This document shows positions 1-12,857 of a stretch of 64,000 nt of DNA, one piece after another. Source of the DNA: Massalongia carnosa. Taxonomy: Eukaryota. The stretch lies in assembly GCA_965645245.1 (NCBI GenBank), contig OZ287077.1:434001-498000 (forward strand). The letters run 5' to 3'. A model generated the notes under the pieces. It had not been told where the DNA came from. It was given only the letters and a program-made list of their open reading frames with translations, and searched no databases. Every line of letters begins with the position of its first letter. The stretch's first letter is position 1. The position numbers were made by a program, and so were the translations under genes.

Positions 1-684
1 ACCCTCGACTATCCCTCACTGTTTGAGTGAAAGAGCTATTTCTCTCCCTTTGAGTGTTGTACATATCATCTTTGATTTCGCCCTTCTTTCCGTGCCCATC
101 ATCGTCTTGATCAAGGTCCAGATGAGTTTTGCCAAGAAAGTGCGGCTAATGTTTCTCTTTTCCGTTGGATCGGTCTCGTGCATTGGGAGTGTGATGAGGC
201 AGATATCGAGTGACAAAAGTGTGTTGGACATTACCTGTACGTCATGCCAGACGGCTTTTGGAGGGAGGGGGGTTTCAGCAGTCAAGCTAAGACCAGTCTC
301 ATAGGGGAGCTTCCGATACAGATTTCGTGGAGCATTATCGACATATTCTTCGCCACCATCACAGCGTCGTTGCCGGTTCTCAACACGCTCCTGCCCAAGC
401 AGCCGGTGGTCGAATCGTATAGCTTCCCATCGTTTGTTGTCAAAGAGAGTGCTTTAACCTCCCGTGAGAGCGCCAAAGCCGAGAGCGCACAGACTGACTC
501 AACGCACGGCTCGGACCAAACGGAGCTGATATATCAACCTGCGGACGGCTTCCCCTCCAAGGAGAGGGTGCCCACAAAATTGCCATGGGAGGAATGGAAA
601 GACCCTGCAACATTGGCTCAAGATCCGAAACCCACGCATCGAGATAAACTCTACACGATGAACACCAGCGAGACTCCGGTATGA
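1..684 (+). CDS. PTH11-like (fungal rhodopsin-domain) integral membrane protein, 3' part; 5' end lies outside the window
   Basis: Hydrophobic segments HIIFDFALLSVPIIVLIKVQMSFAKKVRLMFLFSVGSVSCIGSVMR and WSIIDIFFATITASLPVL are typical of PTH11-like TM5-7. Intron 237-304 (GTACGT...GCTAAG...ATAG) joins the two ORFs in frame; stop at 684. Confidence 0.8.
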
Positions 685-1278
685 GTTGCTACCGGCTCAT
701 TCGATGCGTCGAGGAATAAAAGGTACGAGCGCTCGTCCATTCGGTATGCCTGCGCTTCTCCAAATTCCCATCATTGTTTAGACTACAGGGTTTTATTATA
801 TATATACTCACCAAAAGCTCATCCGTCTCTGCATGTGGTTCCCCAACTCCCATGTAACATCCTCCCAAACCCACCACCACCACCACCGTCGCTTAAGAGT
901 GAAAAGTTCCGCATATCTCGAGGGTGGAGGAGGGGGGTATTTAGCTATATACGTATAACCACCCCCGTAGCATACAACGCAAAGAACCATGTATCTGCAA
1001 CACCTAGTTAGTTACTATTATTTCCCCCTTTCATCTCTCGACCTCGCACTTTTTATGTACATGAAACCCTTGCATATCCAGTTTTGGCAGTTTCCCTGCC
1101 CCTTTTTCAAACCCCCTCAGTATCCCCAAAGTTAAACGGAGCATTCTGTAGTTATGCTCTAAGTACAGAGTAAATGAGTTTAATCTTCAAGTCCCGTGAC
1201 CCGACCGCATTCCCTCCTTCGGAACTAGTTAGTAACATTGCCGTCGTTGATTGCGTCATTCATCCCCGGCCTTTCCCA

Positions 1279-1302
1279 ATGATGATGATGATGATGATGA
1301 TG
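1279..1302. repeat. (ATG)n microsatellite
   Basis: About 8 tandem ATG units seen directly. Confidence 0.9.
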
Positions 1303-1952
1303 ACGTATGTACATAACCAAATTACGAAAGCAAAGGGGCATGGCGGGATCAACCATGACCCCGCACCTCCTCAACATTTGCCCCCCTCCATTAAATAATA
1401 AACCCCTTGGCTAATAGACGTTTCTATGAGATAACGCTCCGCTTCTATTTCCCAGACCGAAATATTCTCTATTTTTTAAGAAAAAAAATAAAAATAAAAT
1501 ACCGAATAACTACATACCTTCCCTACCTTGGTTAAGTACCACGCGCCCGCGCCCAGCCCAGCCCAGCAAAGCAAAGCAAATAGAACATAAAAGAACGGTT
1601 TAATTTGAACAGGTAGTCATCGATCGTCAGGAAGGATTTTCGGGAAGGAACTTCTGCGACGGACTCTGATTGAGGACTGAAGACTAAAGGTATGGATGGA
1701 AGAGTGATTCTTTTTATAAGAGGGTTTGAGATCTGTTTTTTTTTTTTCGGAAAGAAGATCCCCTTATACTTCCATCTCACCTAATTACCTGACTGACTAA
1801 CTCCCATCCCCCCGATTCCCTCCCCCGATCCCTCCCACAACCCAAATCAAACAAGCTAGCTAATCCCGTTTCCCAAACCAGCCAAACCCACCACCAACCT
1901 CCAAACCCCAACCCGCGAACCCGCAAACCTACTTTAAAAAAAATATAAAAAA

Positions 1953-2180
1953 ATGTCCGCACCCAACGCCGGCCGACAATCGCCCGACCCGGAGCACCAG
2001 TCCGGCGCGCAAAAGGACGCGCCCGCGAGCGGCGAGATCGGCGCCGCGCCGAGCGGCACGCACGCGCAGGAGGTGAGCGACGAGCAGAAGCACGAGGGCC
2101 TGGAGAGCAATCCCGTGGGCCCGCTGGAGGGGGCGGCGCACGAGAAGCTGAGCAAGGAGGGGAGAGGGAAGGGGATTTAG
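1953..2180 (+). CDS. Small (75 aa) hydrophilic conserved fungal protein of unknown function
   Basis: Strongly GC3-biased ORF in low-complexity surroundings, A-rich start context (AAAAAATG). MSAPNAGRQSPDPE...LESNPVGPLE resembles a family of small Pezizomycotina proteins as I recall it. Confidence 0.75.
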   Translation: MSAPNAGRQSPDPEHQSGAQKDAPASGEIGAAPSGTHAQEVSDEQKHEGLESNPVGPLEGAAHEKLSKEGRGKGI

Positions 2181-4270
2181 GGTTTGGTTGGGCGAAAGGG
2201 AAGGGGGAGGGGGGTTGATGAACGGGATGAACGCGGGTTTCTTTTAGCGATTTGCTTGGTTGCGTGCGTGCTGGCGGGCGGGTAGAGGGAACAGATAGAT
2301 AGATGATACTTCCAGCTTGATTTCACGGGTTTGCTTCCTCCACCCCCTCGACTGCCGACTGCCTTCTTCTGTGCGCGCTATCGGGTGTTGATTTCCACCC
2401 TGTACTTTGGGATGGCTGCGCCCCATGACATGGTTGTGAAGCAAGTATCGAGCCTTCCTTTCCCTTCAATCTATCCCCGGTCCATCTCGACGCTCCTTCC
2501 GAACTCGTAAGACTTCCCCCTTAACCCCCCAAACACACCGGCCATGTCTTCCCCGTCCGAACAATCGTCCTGCCACTCCCTTTTCTCCTCACACTTTCTA
2601 TTTGTTGATTCATTCCCTCATCCCATCCAATCCCATCCTATCCCATCCCCTGACCCAAAGCGCTGGACGCGGATTTCGCGCATCTCATCCTTAGTGAAAT
2701 GGCCAAGCGGCGGTTTTAAAAAGACCAAAACCCAAACAAACCCCCCAACTCCCCCCAAAAAGCCCCTACTCCCACCTTAATCCCCTCCCCTCAAAACCCG
2801 GACTTGCAACCCGAGCGGGATTCGTTCACCCAGCCCGCTCACGAATCTCCCCGATTCGGCACGGGCATGTAGGTCCTGTTTTCTCTCGCTTTCTGCTCTC
2901 CCGGAACCCGGAGATGGATATTCGTTAGTTGATCGGCGATTTGAGTTTGTGTAGGTACTTGCATCTTTCGTTTTTGAGAGGGGGGGGATCGAGTTAAGGG
3001 GCGCAGGAGAGTATGGATTTCCGAGTGAATGCCGACGCCAATGCAGGAAAGGGGGAAAAGGTAGAGGGAAAGGCGGAAAAGAAGGGAAGGAAGAAAGAAA
3101 GGGCATACGGACCTCGATCCACTTCCCCAGCCAGGGTTTCACAGCCGCCCAGGCGAGCAGCGATGCAGTGGCGACGATGAAGAGGAATACTACCGCTTCG
3201 TCCTTGCGGGAATCGCGCTCTAAAAGTCCGATTTCGGGACGTCAGTCGTGACTCGGTGTGTATTACCCCTCCCCAGGAAAGGCTCGAACGCCCCTTCTCC
3301 CTATTGACGAGAACAACAACACCAACTCGCGTGCCAAGCCAAGGCAATAAGACAGACAGACAGGCGGAAAGGAAAAAGGGAACGGGAGAGTAAGGAAGGC
3401 AACTAACGGAAACAAGTCGCGACCACATCATCCACGCCCGCGTCCCTGCAAATCGGCAGATGCGCATCAATGCAATACTGGCGATTACAATCGTTACAAT
3501 TCCCCGCCCGGAACTCCTTCCGATCCTCCTCCTGTCCCTTCTGCCCCCCACCGTCCTTGTCCTCCTCCGTTCTCTTATCCTTGTCTTTTGGCGTTTGTTC
3601 CAGCCGTTGTTTCGGAAGTGCTCGCGGCTTCCACCAGGATTCCGGGCGGGGTGGAGGAGGCGGAAATGGAAGGGGAGAGCGCGCTAATAGGAGTTGGAGA
3701 GCGGGCGCGGGGGTCCGGGGGGCGTCGAGGGCGATTATGGTGCTGTTGGTGAAGCAGGTGCATTTGCAGAAGGAGGTAGGTGCTATTTGGGGCGGTTAGC
3801 GGGGTTGATGGGGGGAGGAGAAGGAAAGGGGTGAGGGTTGTTGATGAACAGTTCCGGGATTTGGGAATGAGGATTGGCTTACAGGCTGCCAAAATGCAAA
3901 GGGAGAGGAAGAGGGAATAGAAGAGAAGAAGGAAGGATAGATGCATGATAGCGGGGCGCTGTTTTTGGATTGAGCCAGAGGGGCGCGATGAAGAGGAAGT
4001 AACTTGATAGGCTGTAGGGCTGAGAGGGCCTTTGGAAAGTCACGTGAGCAAGATCATGTAGGATTTGGCGGTGTATTATGTAGTGGATTAGATTCGTAGT
4101 TATACACTTTTCAATGGTTCCTTCTCGAATGTGTCGAACCCGTCCTCTAAAAGCCCGTAAATGCATCCTCCCCCATTTCTCCATCAAATCCGTTTCCCTT
4201 CTCTTCTTCTATCTCGTCCCTCTCTTATCCGATGCCGGGTTGATCCAACCCAGTGCAAGAGCCAGGACAT

Positions 4271-5686
4271 CTACCTCCGAGCCTCCTTTCTATTCCCACT
4301 CCAAGATCGCGCTTGACCCCCCGTAACAGGCAAGCCTTTCTTGATCAGCTCCTTTTCAATAACCTTCCATCTCCCAACCTCTTTCTCCTTGTCAATAGGC
4401 GTATACCGGCGATCCATTATTTTAACATTCGGCAAACTTGTGAGCGCTCCGTCGATCAGAAGGGAATCTACCAGCTTCTTTGGCTTCGGCTTCTTCACCA
4501 GCAGTCCGAGGAGGTTCTTTATAGATTTTATGTCTTCAATCGCGGGATCCGGAATGCGGATACCGGTGAGCTGCATGACTCGCTTGAGGAGCTGAAGGTT
4601 CGTTAGACTACCCATGCTACAGTTCCTAAGGGGTTGATACTCACCGCGAACTTAAACTGAGGGTTATCTAACCGGATGTTTAGCCAAGGCTCATCCTTGG
4701 GTGCATCGGTATTCAAAGTATTTGCTGGTTGAAAAAGGTTATCATCCACCGGTCCACTTTCTTCATCCTCCAGTATGCCCCTGTTATCTGCGGGTATAGC
4801 ACTGATTGTAACTTGACTTGTGGAGCCTTCATCAATTGCATGGTGGCCCTTGACGACGTCAGGATGAGACTTGAGCACAGCAGCGCTAGCTTGCAACTTA
4901 TCTTGGGCGGTGGTGATAGACTGATCTCCCGTTAAATCTATCAAAGAGAGCAGAACCTCCTCCTCGATGTTTTCATTGGCAGCACTCACAGTAATAGTAC
5001 CATCTACATTCTGCTTGAAACCTACACCTTGCACAATGTCCCTTGAGAACGGAGTCTGGGTCGACTCCTCAAAAGTCATTGACATCGCCATCGATAATCC
5101 TACGTTTTTTAGAGCGACAATTTCGACCAACGCGCGATGAATGGCAACAGAAATATCCTCCCGCGATTGCATTTGCGACGGAGCCATGAAGCTACAAATT
5201 CACAATCAGCAACTGCTCAGAGGCCCTCGTTGTTGAAACCAACCCTTCAAATTCCCTTTTCCCTCTCTTCTCCCTCGCCCATTCAAGCCCACCGATCTGT
5301 TCAAGCCCATCCCAAGTAGATGCAGGCACATAATCCCCCAAGTCATCCGTCGCCGAACTCACGGCCCTGGCCTGGACCTGGGGCGGTTCTGCAACAGATT
5401 CACTGCGCTTCTTGTCTCGGTCACGGACACTCTGGTCGCCGTATGGATCTTCTTGCTCCTTTGCTTTGGATTTCCCCCATATCCTTTCTTTTAGCGCCTG
5501 GGTAATGGAGCTCGGTCTATCGGTAGCGCTGGCGTATCCACGCACGGAAAGGGAGACAAAAGGTAAGGCATTTGGGGCCAATGCAAGGGTTCGATGTCGA
5601 CATTGGTAGCATACAAAGCTTGAGCGAGCTGCAATAGATGACGAGACATGCTGCGCTACCTCGCCAATGCGTATTGAATGCTTCAT
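4271..5686 (-). CDS. Mitochondrial large ribosomal subunit protein mL50 (MrpL13-like), 3 exons
   Basis: Presequence-like N-terminus; C-terminal KFA-LLKRVMQLTGIRIPD...LPNVKIMDRRYTPIDKEKEVGRWKVIE motif. Introns 5243-5192 and 4644-4592 join the three ORFs in frame. Confidence 0.85.
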
Positions 5687-6008
5687 TATCGTAGAGGTTC
5701 CTCAAAGCTTGAAGTCAAGAAACTTCGGATCTGAATGAAATAGTACACTAAACCCAAAGGGGGTTTCAGCAGATGTCTTGGCAGCCGAACTACATTATGT
5801 GTGAGGAGCCCTTTTACGAAAGGCAAGATGCTACAGCATAGGCTTGAAGTTACGAGGACGGCGGGACGAAATGCAAACAGCAGTCATCCGAAAATTTCTG
5901 AAAACGGTTTCATCATCTCATGCTAAGTTTAAAAGAACCTATGCCCTACAAGCTTCTGAACTCAACGCAGACTCCTCCATCTCTGCTAACATTGGGATGT
6001 CGGACAGA

Positions 6009-7025
6009 TTAGACCGTCTTCTCTCCTAACGGAGCCACAGTTGAGGAGTCAGCCACTTCGGCAGCTGGACCAGTGGCTGATTTCTCTCCATAGACACCGC
6101 TCTGCTCGGTCTTTTCGCTCTTCTGCCCACCATGCGCCTCGGATGACTTCTCGTGCTCAGCCGAACTACCGCTCGCTTTCCCGCTCTTCAGGTCGGCTAG
6201 ACGACGCGCTTCGGCGTGGATATCTCGTACTTGCTTATCGCTCTGTGTATAGAAACTAGCCAGTTTCTGCCCAGTGGGGGTACCTAGCGCTTTCTCAAAG
6301 TAGGATGTTATTCCCCTCCATCCAGCATTGGCTTTATCTATAATGCCATAGCTAGCGTCAATACCTCTGGCTTTATCAGTAGCCTTGTATTTACTATCGA
6401 ACTGGGCTAGGGCGTTGGTGAAGCGGGTGGAAACACCGTGTTTGTTATCCAAAGCTATCGCACGTTGGATGGCAGTATCACTTATGGTATAGCCGTGGGC
6501 AAGGTATTCGGCAACAATCCGGGAGCGGGGTTTATCTTCTTGAGTGATATCTTGATCGTCTCCGGCGCTATGATCTCCGCCAGGAGCAGAACCAGCAAGC
6601 TCATCAATACCAGCGGCGCTGGAGACCTGGACCTGGGAGTTTCCAAGCTGGGTGTGATCAAGCAAGAGCGCTGTCTTTGCAGCACTGTGACTCGATGAGC
6701 GAGAACTAACAATAGTAAAGTACTGAGATTCGACCTACGTCTCTTTCTCAAAGGTTACCGTCGCACTCTGGGGACTATCCGCAGCATCGGAGATTGGGGT
6801 GACGGAAAGTGAAGTGATCTTGCCACTGCTGAGGTTTAGAACAGAAAAAGGCAATGCACTTCATGGCTAATCCTTACCAGAAGCTGAAAAAATCTCTAAC
6901 CTCTTTCTCAGTCGTCTGATGGCTGATGTTCTTGACCTATTGGTTTAGGAAAGCGATTAGTGAAGCTCGCGGATCGAACAACCCTTGTCTTGCAGAGTAC
7001 ATACGTGAACCACGGTGGAAGACAT
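6009..7025 (-). CDS. vip1: RRM-domain protein, Vip1-like, multi-exon
   Basis: Spliced N-terminus MSSTVVH|VKNISHQTTEKEVRDFFSFC|GKITSLSV...TVTFEKET|AAKTALLLDHTQLG, then QEDKPRSRIVAEYLAHGY and DIHAEARRLADLK, characteristic of Vip1. Confidence 0.85.
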
Positions 7026-7682
7026 GATGAGTTTGATTACAGGAGTATTGTTGAGTTTTTCCGGATACTAGTGGTTGAGGATTGAACTCGGAATGTGGAG
7101 GACTGAAATGGCGCAAGCACCGAAAAAATAATACGTACGAGTACCTGCCTATTTGCGTAACTACGTGGGGCACGGCGGGGGAGCAACGTCATCGCGTGGC
7201 GAAAGTTGCGACACATTCACGGCTTCCCGTCCCTCAGGTATCTAATCTAGGGCCTCTCCCACCAAGTCCTACAGATTTTACAGGAAAGGATCATCTTCTA
7301 CGAATGCCTACAAAGTCACACAAAGATGATAGGTGCTACCCGTGATCAACGAAGAATTGAAGAAGTATTAAGCTTTTGTTTACTCAGTTTTGTCACCAAC
7401 CCCTTTCCTATGCATCCAGGATACATGGTTAATGTTCAATGAATGATCTGCCTCAATTCTTCAGACATTACCAATCTAGTCGTAAGGCAAGGAGTAACAT
7501 GGACATAACAAGAGGTTGAAGCCCCCGAGATCTTCCATATGTAAACATCCGCATTGATCCCCCAGCCCGCCCATATACATACCCATACACCGGAGTCTTC
7601 TTCTCCATCTCGTCATCTATCCGAGGGTCGTACAGAAAAGTCAGTCGTGAACTCATATACTTGCTTATCTTATACATCTCAA

Positions 7683-10461
7683 TCAAGAAATAGTTCTCGC
7701 AGCGTCTACGATCGCGGCTGAATCCAGAGCCTTGCCCTCATTCAAATTATCGCTGTGCGCTTGGGTTGAGTTGGTTCGCGTCTGAGACGTGATTTTTAGT
7801 TCTGGCGCACCAGTCCCACCCTCTCTAGGAACACCGAGTCCATTACCCCCAAATATTGTAGCATTGGTGCTGCGAGTTTTTGTGCCAACACTACCGCCCA
7901 TGTCAGAGCTTAAGGCTACAGAGGTTGAGCTCTTTCCTTGACGATGATGGCGGTGCGGCTCTTCGTTGGACAGGTTCTCTAGGTGGTCGACGTTGGCGGA
8001 ATTCTCTGCTTTCTCATCGTCCCCGACCATTGCCGCAAGGCTCCGGAAGTTAAACATCGGTTCGATACCGGCACCGCCCCCAGGAGGGGTTCCGGGAACG
8101 AATATATCTTGAGCAGACCCTCTTGGCAAAATGTTCACCCCACTAGCATTAGGGGAGACCTCGAATGACGAGTTTGATCTTCCAAAGTCATCGTTAAGCG
8201 AAGCAACCGCCGAGTCCCCGACGGAAGATCCCGAAGAAGATGCATTAGAGAGGGTTCGAAGGTGTGAAGGTCTATAGGGGTTTGCATTATGTGGCGCGGA
8301 CAAAGGTAAGGCGTCATTCGGCTGTAGGTGCGCCCGAGCACGCTTTAAATGCTCTTGAGCTATGTCCGCTGTGGAATCCGTAGCAGGGAGCGTTTTGGTC
8401 GATGGGAAATTGTTTTCGGACCTCTGAGATCGTTCTTCAGATAGCTCTGCGCTCGTCTGTTGATTAGCCTTTCCCTTGCCTAAACTGGCGGGGAAATGAT
8501 CGTTGATGGGGGAGGATTCGCTGGCTGGGCTTTCAATACCAGCAGTACTCTGATTCGCACTGGTTGAGTATATGCCAGCTTTTCTAGCAATTTTTTCTGC
8601 TTTTCGGGTCTCTTTATCCTTTTTCTTTGCTTCTTTTTTGGCGTCCTTTTCCTCGCGTTTCCGTCGTTCCTCCTCCGAAGCAAGACTCAGTCGGATAGCT
8701 TCCAGCATCATCATATCTTCCAAATCATCCATCCTACTTCGTCGAGAACTTCCACCGGTGGACGCTACCATGATCGATTCTCCTTCCGGAGCGCTAGTCG
8801 CCTCAGCTCGACCCCCCGATGAGCCCCCATACCGCTCCGACATCAATGCTAGCATATTCAGCTGAGAAGGACCTGCTCCAAGAAGAGAGCCATCATTGCC
8901 GCTCGCTCGCCTCAAGATCCCACGCCTTCCAAAGGCACTGAACCCTCGACCATCGGTCTCATGGTTACGGTTGCCCATCAAATATGCAGCTGTATGTAGA
9001 GCAGTCGCTGCAGCTGACCTGCGAGCAGCGTGAGCCCGTGCTCCGCTTAGTTTCTGATGCCAGTCCGGGCGAACTCTATCGGTTGTAATAACTACGGATG
9101 AGGTAGCAGAAATGGATGTTGTTCTTCGCCGACCAAATGTGCCCGACGAAATCTGTCCTCCCCCGCTCATGGCTGATGCTAAAGAAGAGGATGAAGACAT
9201 TGCCGGGCTAGCAGTACTCAAAGGGTTGGGTGGTACTTGATTAACATAGGTCAATCCCCGTCGGAACGAAGGGGGTTCATAGGTAATTCCAAATTCAGGC
9301 TGCACGCAGAAGGGACATGCAGCAGGCTCCGACACCAGCAACCCTTCACCGTCCATATCTCGAGAGTCGGCAGCCTCCAATGATACTGAAGCAGAAGGAT
9401 TACCATGCTCCGGTGGATGCGGGTCTGGTCGTTTTATTTGAACAAAACACTCGGAACAAATTGCCTGATCACAGCATCGAGTTTTGTTCAAATGGGGCGG
9501 ATAGTACAAGAAACAAATCGGACACTCGGCCGCATCTTTATAAAGATAGGCTTCAATGGGTTGACCGTTGACAAAACGATCTTTAGGCAAGTGTATTTCA
9601 CGTGGGGTCATTTCGGTCTGAGGACCCTTCGAAGCAGTGGTCAAGGACGCCAAGGTTTTTGCGCGTCCCCGAAAAATTGTCGAGGCAGACGATGGTGCAG
9701 CAGCGGGCGCAGCGCTTTCTGGTAAAGGGAGTCCTGGGCTAGGAGGGGATAGATTAGACGAGGAGTCAGAGTTGATAGATTGCGACCTAGGAACAATCGG
9801 AACAGCCAGATTGTTGAAATTCTTCGAGCCATTTTTGGAGGGGTCCATCGTTGCAGGCGGCCCATACTGGTCCTCGGAAGGTATTTCGTCAGCAGCTGGG
9901 ATCGGTCGACCTCGAGCAGCGGCAACCAACTGATATTCTGTCCACGATTCGGAGTAATCATTCAGACCCCTCCAAAACGGGGCAATGCGTCTTTCAATCT
10001 GCCATCATCTTAGCCTTGGTCTCTAGACATTCTCAAGCTCTTACCATCAATTGGCGCACGATAGGCTTATTATAATCTTCAATACCCGTATACACACCTT
10101 GCGTGACCAGAAATCCACCGTCCACACTCTCTTCTCGCATGCTCCTCTCACGTTCTCTTTCTCGAACAACCCGTTCCTTTTCCAACTTTCTTAACTCCCT
10201 CTCTTGTCTGGTCTCTCGCCGATTCTCCAGCCCAGCGGTGTCACGTTCCACAGTACTTCCCATTGCCAGCAGCGACACCAGCTCTGAGCGGCTACCTCTC
10301 CCATGTCTAGAGCTGTACAGCGTATGATGGGGCCGTTCTGTAGACGACTGAGGTTGTGGAGGCTGCGGAATTGGGGTTATGGGGGAAGAAATCGACCGAT
10401 GATCAGTTGATCGATGACGCGCTGATGAAGGTCGCTGCTCCTTTGTGGGAGAGTTCCCCAT
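7683..10461 (-). CDS. SIP5: Sip5 (Snf1/Reg1-interacting, RING-like Cys motif), 2 exons
   Basis: MGNSPTKE start; [16 protein letters not shown]; intron 10044-9999 gives [63 protein letters not shown]. Confidence 0.92.
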
Positions 10462-11246
10462 GATGCCGAAGCTAGTATCGACTCTCGAAGAATCTAGAAA
10501 TTTCCAATGAGCTAGATGTAGCTTCTGCACTTGCGTCTTCCCTCTCGCTCAGTGGAGTGGATCTGTATCCGAGAAGTAGTGGTCACAATCTTGTCAACGC
10601 AAACTGATATGAAACATGTCGAGATATTCGTGCTGAGGATGTCGTGTGTAGTTTCTCGGAGAACTAGGATGTCCGAGTGGCAAGGTGGAAGTCGACAAAC
10701 TAACGAGAGTCGAGCTCTTGGGAAGGTGATAAAGATATCTGCGTTCCACCGTGGTAGCACAGCCGTTTTCCAAATGAAAATCGAGACAGATGATGAATGT
10801 AGATTACTGGACGAAGAGGTCGGAAAGTAGATAGAAGGAGGAGAATCCCTCAGTAGTGGTTAGAGGTGATGGGTAGCTCTTGTCCTGTATCTGTACCAGT
10901 GCCTGTACAGGCCGATAAGATACGTGAAGGAATGTCACTCCAGGTCTCCATTTGGAGTGTGTTGGTGGATTCCCTCAGGTCCCCAAGAGCCCAGCACATG
11001 CCCTAGACCGAACTGTCTTCAGAACCCTAGAGTTTACTTCCGACGCTAAACCGAATGCGCCAATTTCAGGGTCCCTGTTTTCCCACCTTCAACCTACTCG
11101 AACTTCCACACTTAACCCCTGAATATCATCTCTTGAGAACATGTTACCATCTGTGTGCTCTGACTGAGCGCAACTCTACACACACTTATTCACTTGCACT
11201 GCCTAAGTTTCAAAGGCTTCAGTAAGTTTACTACATATTCCCATTC

Positions 11247-12857
11247 ATGCACGAGCGCAAGCGGCTGCATATTTCACCATTCAATCCTGAGCTCCTCCCC
11301 ATCATCCTACCCGGGGACTTGTTTCATCGCGCGTCAAACATTTCCTTTCATCAGCTACAAACATATCAAGAGAGAAACTACGGCTACGTAGATCTTCCGG
11401 TCATGGATGCAGACAAAATTAAGAAGAAGCTCAATGGCTCGATATTGAAAGGCTCGAAGATACGCATAGAAGAAGCGAAACCGGAAAAGCCCAAGAAATC
11501 ACTGGCAGGAAGCGAAGCTCTAGTGGAGCGCGCTCCGCTAAGCGATAGGGGTGGGCGAGGAAGGAGGAAGAAGGAAAAGGTAGAGGGCGTCATACCTGGA
11601 GTCGAATTACCTAAAGGCCGGAAGGTCCAACGTGGCTGGACAGAGCCAATGCCACCTTCCAAAACCAGCAAGAGCGCCAAATTCAAGAAAGAGAAAGATG
11701 CTAAAAAATCCAAACTAAAGCCATCAAGCTTTACTAAAGAACCTGAATGCCTATTTAAAACCAAACTTCCTCCAAACGTTGCTGCCATCGACGCAAAGCC
11801 CATGAAGAGGAAAAGGGAACATTCTGGTCGCGACGTGGTAGTTCACGAGTTTGCTAATACAACAAAGCATGCAAGCTTCTTAAGGAACCATCAAGCCTTG
11901 GCTGATTCGAAAGGTGTGTCAGAATACGTTGAGGGCAAAGGATGGATTGATCAACAGGGCAATATTATCGAAGAAGTACGAAAGATGCAGCGGACGCAGT
12001 TGAGTTCCGTAAAGGACGGCGAGACACGGTCTCTTGGGAGGAATGCACCAAGCCATCATTTTGATGGCAACATTCCAAACATCCGGGTCTCCGACGCTGT
12101 AGAGGATGCCGAAGAGCAAGATGATGATGATGTAACCTCCTCTAGTGGTACGTCGTCCAGCTCAGCAAGCGATACCGATAGTGGCTCCTCTCCAGCATCG
12201 CCGAGGCTGCGGAAAGAAGAAGTTATTAAAAACAGCGATGTCACTAGCAAATCTCCAAGTGAGGCAGCTGACGAAGATGCTGTTTCGGAGCAGGCAAGAG
12301 CATTGTCGAGAAGCAATTTATCGTCATCCACATCATCAGCTAGTCCCTATAACACCACTGAAGCCAAAAGCCCTGCCATGCAGGTTCACCCGTTGGAAGC
12401 GCTCTTCAAACGGCCAAAACTCGCTGCATCTAGTACGCCCCGCAAACCAGCGTTAGAAGTCTCAACCTCGTTCAATTTCTTCAACCCCGATGTCGACGAA
12501 AGAACCAATACGGGCCTCCTCATACCCCGCACCCCGTTCACCCAGCAAGACTTTCGAGAACGGTGTCAACGAAGCGCAGCGCCCACGCCAGATACCGCGG
12601 CACCGGGCAAAACTTTCGGGAACGTGTGGGCTAGTCAGCCTGAGAGCGAAGATAACGAAGAGATTGAGGTTGGGCCGGCACATGAGAACGCTACTCGTGA
12701 AGGGAGTGCGCCTGTCAAAGGGAATGACGGAGAGGCGCCCGAAAGTGATTTCTCTAAGTGGTTTTGGGAGCATCGAGGAGAGACGAACCGAGCGTGGAAG
12801 CGAAGGCGTCGGGAGGCTGCAAAGGAGAAACGGCAAAGGGATCATAGTAAAAGCTGA
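11247..12857 (+). CDS. Conserved protein with N-terminal RRM-like fold and Lys/Ser-rich tracts (probably nucleolar)
   Basis: 536-aa ORF; RLHISPF...NYGYVDLP...KKLNGSILKGSKIRIEEAKP is RRM-like; C-terminal FSKWFWEHRGETNRAWKRRRRE. Confidence 0.75.
   Translation: MHERKRLHISPFNPELLPIILPGDLFHRASNISFHQLQTYQERNYGYVDLPVMDADKIKKKLNGSILKGSKIRIEEAKPEKPKKSLAGSEALVERAPLSDRGGRGRRKKEKVEGVIPGVELPKGRKVQRGWTEPMPPSKTSKSAKFKKEKDAKKSKLKPSSFTKEPECLFKTKLPPNVAAIDAKPMKRKREHSGRDVVVHEFANTTKHASFLRNHQALADSKGVSEYVEGKGWIDQQGNIIEEVRKMQRTQLSSVKDGETRSLGRNAPSHHFDGNIPNIRVSDAVEDAEEQDDDDVTSSSGTSSSSASDTDSGSSPASPRLRKEEVIKNSDVTSKSPSEAADEDAVSEQARALSRSNLSSSTSSASPYNTTEAKSPAMQVHPLEALFKRPKLAASSTPRKPALEVSTSFNFFNPDVDERTNTGLLIPRTPFTQQDFRERCQRSAAPTPDTAAPGKTFGNVWASQPESEDNEEIEVGPAHENATREGSAPVKGNDGEAPESDFSKWFWEHRGETNRAWKRRRREAAKEKRQRDHSKS

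Noticed and set aside
2244..4250. Several 60-185 aa ORFs
   Set aside because: Low-complexity purine/pyrimidine-skewed DNA, overlapping on both strands, with no domain or codon signal.
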